From an uncultured beta proteobacterium (GTDB taxonomy: Bacteria > Pseudomonadota > Gammaproteobacteria > Burkholderiales > Burkholderiaceae_C), in contig CAVSCI010000021.1 in assembly GCA_963726365.1 (NCBI GenBank), forward strand, positions 42,136-106,135: a stretch of 64,000 nt of DNA, written 5' to 3'. The notes beneath the pieces are model-generated. The model saw only the letters and a list, made by a program, of their open reading frames with translations. It was not told the origin of the DNA and searched no databases. Both the position numbers and the translations under genes were made by a program. Shown here piece after piece: positions 59,690 to 64,000 of this stretch. Within the stretch, counting starts at the first letter, position 1. Every line of letters begins with the position of its first letter.

Positions 59690-60748
59690 ATGACCATCCA
59701 GACCGACGATTTCCTGCCCGCGCCGCCCAAGCGCGTGGTCTCCGCCGCGCCCGTTTCGCCCCAGGAGGAGGCCATCGAGCGCGCGCTGCGGCCCAAGCTG
59801 CTCGACGAGTACGTGGGCCAGGTCAAGGTGCGCGAGCAGCTCGAGATCTTCATCGGCGCGGCGCGCAAGCGCGAGGAGGCGCTGGACCACGTGCTGCTGT
59901 TCGGCCCGCCCGGGCTGGGCAAGACCACGCTGTCGCACATCATCGCGGCCGAGCTCGGCGTCAACCTGCGCCAGACCAGCGGGCCGGTGCTGGAAAAGCC
60001 CAAGGACCTGGCGGCGCTGCTGACCAACCTGGAAAAGAACGACGTCCTGTTCATCGACGAGATCCACCGCCTCTCGCCGGTGGTCGAGGAAATCCTCTAC
60101 CCCGCGCTGGAGGACTACCAGATCGACATCATGATCGGCGAGGGCCCGGCGGCGCGCAGCATCAAGCTCGACCTGCAGCCCTTCACGCTGGTGGGCGCCA
60201 CCACGCGCGCCGGCATGCTGACCAACCCGCTGCGCGACCGCTTCGGCATCGTCTCGCGGCTGGAGTTCTACACCGCCGAGGAGCTCGGGCGCATCGTCAC
60301 GCGCAGCGCCGGCCTGCTCAAGACGCCGATGGACGAGGCGGGCGGCTTCGAGATCGCTCGGCGCTCACGCGGCACGCCGCGCATCGCCAACCGTCTGCTG
60401 CGCCGCGTGCGCGACTACGCCGACGTCAAGGGCACGGGACGCATCACGCTGGACATTGCCAACCGCGCGCTGGCCATGCTCGACGTGGACCCGGAAGGCT
60501 TCGACGTGATGGACCGCAAGTTGCTGGAGGCGGTGATCCACCGCTTCGACGGCGGCCCGGTCGGGCTGGACAACATCGCGGCCAGCATCGGCGAGGAGCG
60601 CGACACCATCGAAGACGTGATCGAACCCTACCTGATCCAGCAGGGTTTCCTGCAGCGCACCCCGCGCGGGCGCATCGCCACGCTGGCGGCGTACCGACAC
60701 CTGGGTGTGGCGCCGCCGAAAGCAGCGGGCGAGCTGTTTATTGAATGA
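59690..60748 (+). CDS. ruvB: Holliday junction DNA helicase RuvB
   Basis: [12 protein letters not shown], Walker [19 protein letters not shown] and [16 protein letters not shown]. Confidence 0.97.
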   Translation: MTIQTDDFLPAPPKRVVSAAPVSPQEEAIERALRPKLLDEYVGQVKVREQLEIFIGAARKREEALDHVLLFGPPGLGKTTLSHIIAAELGVNLRQTSGPVLEKPKDLAALLTNLEKNDVLFIDEIHRLSPVVEEILYPALEDYQIDIMIGEGPAARSIKLDLQPFTLVGATTRAGMLTNPLRDRFGIVSRLEFYTAEELGRIVTRSAGLLKTPMDEAGGFEIARRSRGTPRIANRLLRRVRDYADVKGTGRITLDIANRALAMLDVDPEGFDVMDRKLLEAVIHRFDGGPVGLDNIAASIGEERDTIEDVIEPYLIQQGFLQRTPRGRIATLAAYRHLGVAPPKAAGELFIE

Positions 60749-60756
60749 AATCGGCG

Positions 60757-60775
60757 CCATCCCAGCGTGGGATGG
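60757..60775. terminator. candidate stem-loop between convergent ruvB and the hydroxylase-YhhN gene
   Basis: CCATCCCA-GCG-TGGGATGG: an 8-bp perfect stem with no U-tract. Confidence 0.3.
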
Positions 60776-60785
60776 TCGCAACGCG

Positions 60786-62594
60786 CTACTGAAAACGGAG
60801 TGACTCGGGGCTCGCCGTCACCGCTGGGTGCGGTTGAACCTGGCCACGCAGCCACCCGCCCACGATCAGCACCTGCGCCGCGTAGTAGCTGGTCAGCACC
60901 CAGAACGGCGCCAGCGGCAGCGGCATCACGAACTTGTTGGTGGCCAGCAGCGAATCGCTGAGCATGAAGCAGCACGCGCCGACCGCCACAAGCCAGGATG
61001 CCTTGTCGCGCTGCACGGTGGCGCGGCCGATGGCTTGCGCGGCCATCAATGCGATCACGGTCACGTAGGCCGCCACGGGCGCGCGCAGGCCAGCGGGCAG
61101 GCCGCCCGTCCACAGAAAGGCGTACATCGCCGCGCCCACGCCGAGCGTGGCGGCCAGCGCGCCGCGGCTGGGGAACCAGCCCACGCCCTGGCGCAGCAGC
61201 ACCAGGTAGGCGAGGTGCGCCAGCAGGAAGGCCACCAGGCCGGGAACGAAATAGCCCGGGAACAGCAGGAACACGTCACCTGCCAGCGAGCCGGCCAGCG
61301 CGGCGAGCAGCCAGAGCCTGCCGGAAGGCGCAATCTGGCGGAATTTGGCATCTTTCGGGCATCTTGCCAGCTTCAATGGGTCATAAGTAGCTATCATAAA
61401 AATAGCAATCAGCATCGGAATCGGTTTGATGAGCCGGTACAGGTCCGGCATGCCGGCGGTGCTGGTGGCGGTGGCCAGCGCGGCGGCCTGGATCAGCAAT
61501 GCCTCCAGCATCGTGATGCGGCCCTGCGTGACCGCGCCCACGGCCCACAGGCCGGCGGCCAGGGCCGAGAACCAGACGGCCGCCTGCGCCAGCGGCAGGC
61601 TGTCGGCGTGCCAGAGGAAGACGATGACGCCGCCCAGCAGCGCCGCGAAATTGAGACCGGCAAACCATTGCGCCGCGCGGCTCATCGGCGGCTGGAAAGT
61701 CTGCACGCGGGCGATATCAAACGCCGGCTTGGGAAAGCGCGCCGCCACGTCGGCCGGCCGCCAGCCCGGCGGCTTGAGCCAGACGCGCACCTTGTCGGCC
61801 CAGCTTCGGGTGTGCCAGGCATCCTTCGCCAGTGCCCAGTAGACCTCGGTGTTGGCCCAGAGCGGGTCCCAGCTGTTGAGCGCGCCGCGTGTGCCGTAGA
61901 CGCAGGGCTCGGCGAGGTCCTCGTCGCGGAAGGTGCCAAACAGCCGGTCCCAAAGGATCAGGATGCCGCCGTAGTTCTTGTCCAGGTAGTTGTCGTTGAC
62001 CGCGTGGTGCACCCGGTGGTTCGATGGGCTGCAGAACCAGCGGTCGAACCAGCCCAGCTTGGGCACGTGCTCGGTGTGCACCCAGTATTGGTAGAGCAGG
62101 TCGACCAGCGCCACGATGCCGAACACCAGCGGCGGCACGCCGGCGATCGCCATCGGCAGGTAGAAGATCCAGCCGAGCAGCGCACCGCTGCTGGTCTGGC
62201 GCAGCGCGGTGGACAGGTTGTAGTCCTGGCTCTGGTGATGCACCACGTGCGCGGCCCACAGCACGCCCACCTCGTGGCCCATGCGGTGCAGCCAGTAGTA
62301 GCAGAAGTCGTAAAAAATGAGGGCCAGCAGCCAGCCTTGCCAGGTCGTCCAGAAGGCCCGGGCTTCTTCCAGCGGCACCAGCGAGACCGACGCATAGACC
62401 GCCGTGTAGAGGCCCACCCGCAGCAGGCGCGTGAATACCGCGCTGATCTGGCTCAGCATGCCCAGGCTGATGCTGTTGATGGCGTCGGCCAGGCGGTAGG
62501 TGTTGCGCCCCTTGCGCACGCCGTACGCCAGTTCCAAGGCGATCATCAGCACGAAGACGGGTGTGGCGAGGACGATGATCTGGCTGGGGGTCAT
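60786..62594 (-). CDS. fusion protein: fatty-acid hydroxylase superfamily (alkylglycerol monooxygenase-like) N-terminal domain + YhhN-family (lysoplasmalogenase-like) C-terminal domain
   Basis: The N-terminal half has the His boxes HRMGHE, AAHVVHHQSQDYNLSTALRQ and NHRVHHAVNDNYLDKNYGGILILWDRLFGTF. By memory these closely resemble AGMO/TMEM195. The C-terminal half is multi-TM with LAGDVFLL, FLLAHLAYL and FMLSDSLLA, which are YhhN-like signatures. Confidence 0.75.
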   Translation of the reverse strand: MTPSQIIVLATPVFVLMIALELAYGVRKGRNTYRLADAINSISLGMLSQISAVFTRLLRVGLYTAVYASVSLVPLEEARAFWTTWQGWLLALIFYDFCYYWLHRMGHEVGVLWAAHVVHHQSQDYNLSTALRQTSSGALLGWIFYLPMAIAGVPPLVFGIVALVDLLYQYWVHTEHVPKLGWFDRWFCSPSNHRVHHAVNDNYLDKNYGGILILWDRLFGTFRDEDLAEPCVYGTRGALNSWDPLWANTEVYWALAKDAWHTRSWADKVRVWLKPPGWRPADVAARFPKPAFDIARVQTFQPPMSRAAQWFAGLNFAALLGGVIVFLWHADSLPLAQAAVWFSALAAGLWAVGAVTQGRITMLEALLIQAAALATATSTAGMPDLYRLIKPIPMLIAIFMIATYDPLKLARCPKDAKFRQIAPSGRLWLLAALAGSLAGDVFLLFPGYFVPGLVAFLLAHLAYLVLLRQGVGWFPSRGALAATLGVGAAMYAFLWTGGLPAGLRAPVAAYVTVIALMAAQAIGRATVQRDKASWLVAVGACCFMLSDSLLATNKFVMPLPLAPFWVLTSYYAAQVLIVGGWLRGQVQPHPAVTASPESLRFQ

Positions 62595-62613
62595 GCCTTG
62601 ATTTTCCGCCGGA

Positions 62614-63933
62614 TCATGTCAGCGCGCCCCTCGCGTCAACCCTGATGATGCGCTCCACCGTGCCATGTTCCAGTCCGCCGCGCACGCCGATGTAGTGCTC
62701 GTGCAGGTTGACCGTGGGGTCGCAGTGGCCGGGAATCAGCCACAGGATGTCGCCCAGCGCGGGGAGGGCGTTTTCAGTGTTACCCGTGGATGCGTTCTCG
62801 TGCGGTGCGGGATGCAGGATGCCGTGCTCGTCGCCGCCGTTGGCGTAGGTCAGCGACGGCTGGCCGGGCAGGCTGTGCACGCGCGGCAGCCCGGAGTCGA
62901 TGGCGTGGCTCTTGTGGCCCGCGTCGCACACGGCATGCGCGGCGCCCACGCTCATGACCTGGGCCTTTACAAACAACGCATGCTCGAAAGCGGGCTGCGC
63001 CGGGTCGTGTGCATTGCCCGCGTAGTCCGCGTCCATGAACAGGTAGCTACCCGCCTGCAACTCGCCCCAGATGCCGCTGGCGGTCTCCAGCGCGAACGTG
63101 CCCGTACCTGCACCCGTGACGAGCGCGACCGGGATGCCGGCGGCCTCGATCAGCGCACGGGTGCGTCGCACTTCGTCGGCTGCGCGGGCGATGGCCTCTC
63201 GGCGCTCTTCGACGCTGCGCAGGTGCTGGGCGCGGCCATGGTAAGCCTGCAGGCCGGCGAAACGCAGGCTGCTGTGCGCGGTGATGGCCTGCGCCAGCGT
63301 CACGGCGGCCGGGCCGGGCGGCAGGCCGCAACGGCCTTGGCCGACATCGATTTCGATGAAGACCTCGATGAGGGGCACAACGGCCGTCTCGTCGCTCCGG
63401 TTTTCAGCAGGCCCCGGATGAGTCGGAACGCTGCCACGGTCTCCGGCCTCGCCGCCGCCTGTCGCACCGTCCTCCTGATCCGCCATTGCAGCCGCCAGCC
63501 GAGAAATGCCTTCCAGGCTGTCCACCGCGATCGCCAGACGTCCGCCTGCGGCATTCAACTGGAAGGCCAGCGCCGCCACGCGGCGCAGCTTGGCGGGGTC
63601 GATGACCTCGTTGCTGATGTAGATGTCGGTCACGCCGCCGGCGGCCATGGCTTCGGCCTCCGCCGTCTTCTGCACGCACACGCCCACCGCGCCGGCCTGC
63701 ATCTGCAGCCGGGCCAGCGCCGCGCTCTTGTGCATCTTCGCGTGCGGGCGCAGCCGGACGCTGTGCTTGCGGGCGAATTCGGCCATGCGCGCAAGGTTGC
63801 GCTGCATCGCGTCCAGGTCGATGACCAGCGCCGGCGTGTCGATGGCAGCGACGGGCTTTCCTCTCAGGTCCGCGAGGCCTGGTGGAAGCGGGAGCCGGCC
63901 TGCGTCAGCTTGTGGATTCATCGAGTGCTCCAT
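62614..63933 (-). CDS. DSD1-family PLP-dependent enzyme (alanine-racemase-fold; D-threonine aldolase / D-serine dehydratase-like)
   Basis: TPALVIDLDAMQRNL, the PLP-Lys context LRPHAKMHKS, IEIDVGQGRCG and C-terminal GHCDPTVNL. It carries an acidic/Gly-rich insertion of about 35 aa (nt 63376-63486). Confidence 0.75.
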   Translation of the reverse strand: MEHSMNPQADAGRLPLPPGLADLRGKPVAAIDTPALVIDLDAMQRNLARMAEFARKHSVRLRPHAKMHKSAALARLQMQAGAVGVCVQKTAEAEAMAAGGVTDIYISNEVIDPAKLRRVAALAFQLNAAGGRLAIAVDSLEGISRLAAAMADQEDGATGGGEAGDRGSVPTHPGPAENRSDETAVVPLIEVFIEIDVGQGRCGLPPGPAAVTLAQAITAHSSLRFAGLQAYHGRAQHLRSVEERREAIARAADEVRRTRALIEAAGIPVALVTGAGTGTFALETASGIWGELQAGSYLFMDADYAGNAHDPAQPAFEHALFVKAQVMSVGAAHAVCDAGHKSHAIDSGLPRVHSLPGQPSLTYANGGDEHGILHPAPHENASTGNTENALPALGDILWLIPGHCDPTVNLHEHYIGVRGGLEHGTVERIIRVDARGALT

Positions 63934-64000
63934 CTTCCAGGTGCGAGGTGTCCGACCAGCCCACCAGCGACAGGCCCGCGGGTGTCCAGAGCAGGCGGTT

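Noticed and set aside
60828-62645. 605-aa plus-strand ORF
   Set aside because: It is antisense to the hydroxylase-YhhN fusion gene. The product is Arg/His/Gly/Gln-rich with no membrane or enzyme motifs.

Overview
This is a GC-rich chromosomal segment whose gene content looks beta-proteobacterial (Burkholderiales/Comamonadaceae-like). Supporting genes are a Bug/TctC binding protein, SAH-riboswitch-ahcY-metF, paaABCDE, rplM-rpsI-bactofilin-erpA, ybeY-phoH and ruvAB. I can support about 60 protein-coding genes. I recognised no rRNA, tRNA, CRISPR array, transposase or integrase, so this reads as core genome, not an obvious mobile island.

The main points, in rough order of interest:
- **Signalling/transport module in two copies.** Nt 1-17574 hold two copies of an uncharacterised module: a CBS/DUF294 nucleotidyltransferase, a DEDDh exonuclease and a sodium:solute-symporter-family (SSS) element. 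In one copy the symporter domain is fused to a histidine kinase, and the exonuclease is fused to a kinase-like membrane sensor next to a stand-alone receiver.
- **Tandem UvrA-like gene.** A roughly 6 kb tandem-duplicated UvrA-like gene (19121-25120) is broken by about seven single-base frameshifts. It also carries two in-frame 25-nt palindromic repeat units.
- **Divergent small paralogues.** Two divergently transcribed small paralogous proteins of unknown function lie at 17685-18991.
- **Ether-lipid enzyme fusion.** One polypeptide (60786-62594) joins an alkylglycerol-monooxygenase-like fatty-acid hydroxylase domain to a YhhN lysoplasmalogenase-like domain.
- **Regulatory elements.** These include a clear SAH riboswitch, a 28-bp palindrome upstream of paaA and several rho-independent terminators.

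All frameshifts I could localise fall in short homopolymer runs. Sequencing error is therefore a serious alternative to true pseudogenisation. All calls rest on reading the translated ORFs and the DNA by eye; no searches were run.
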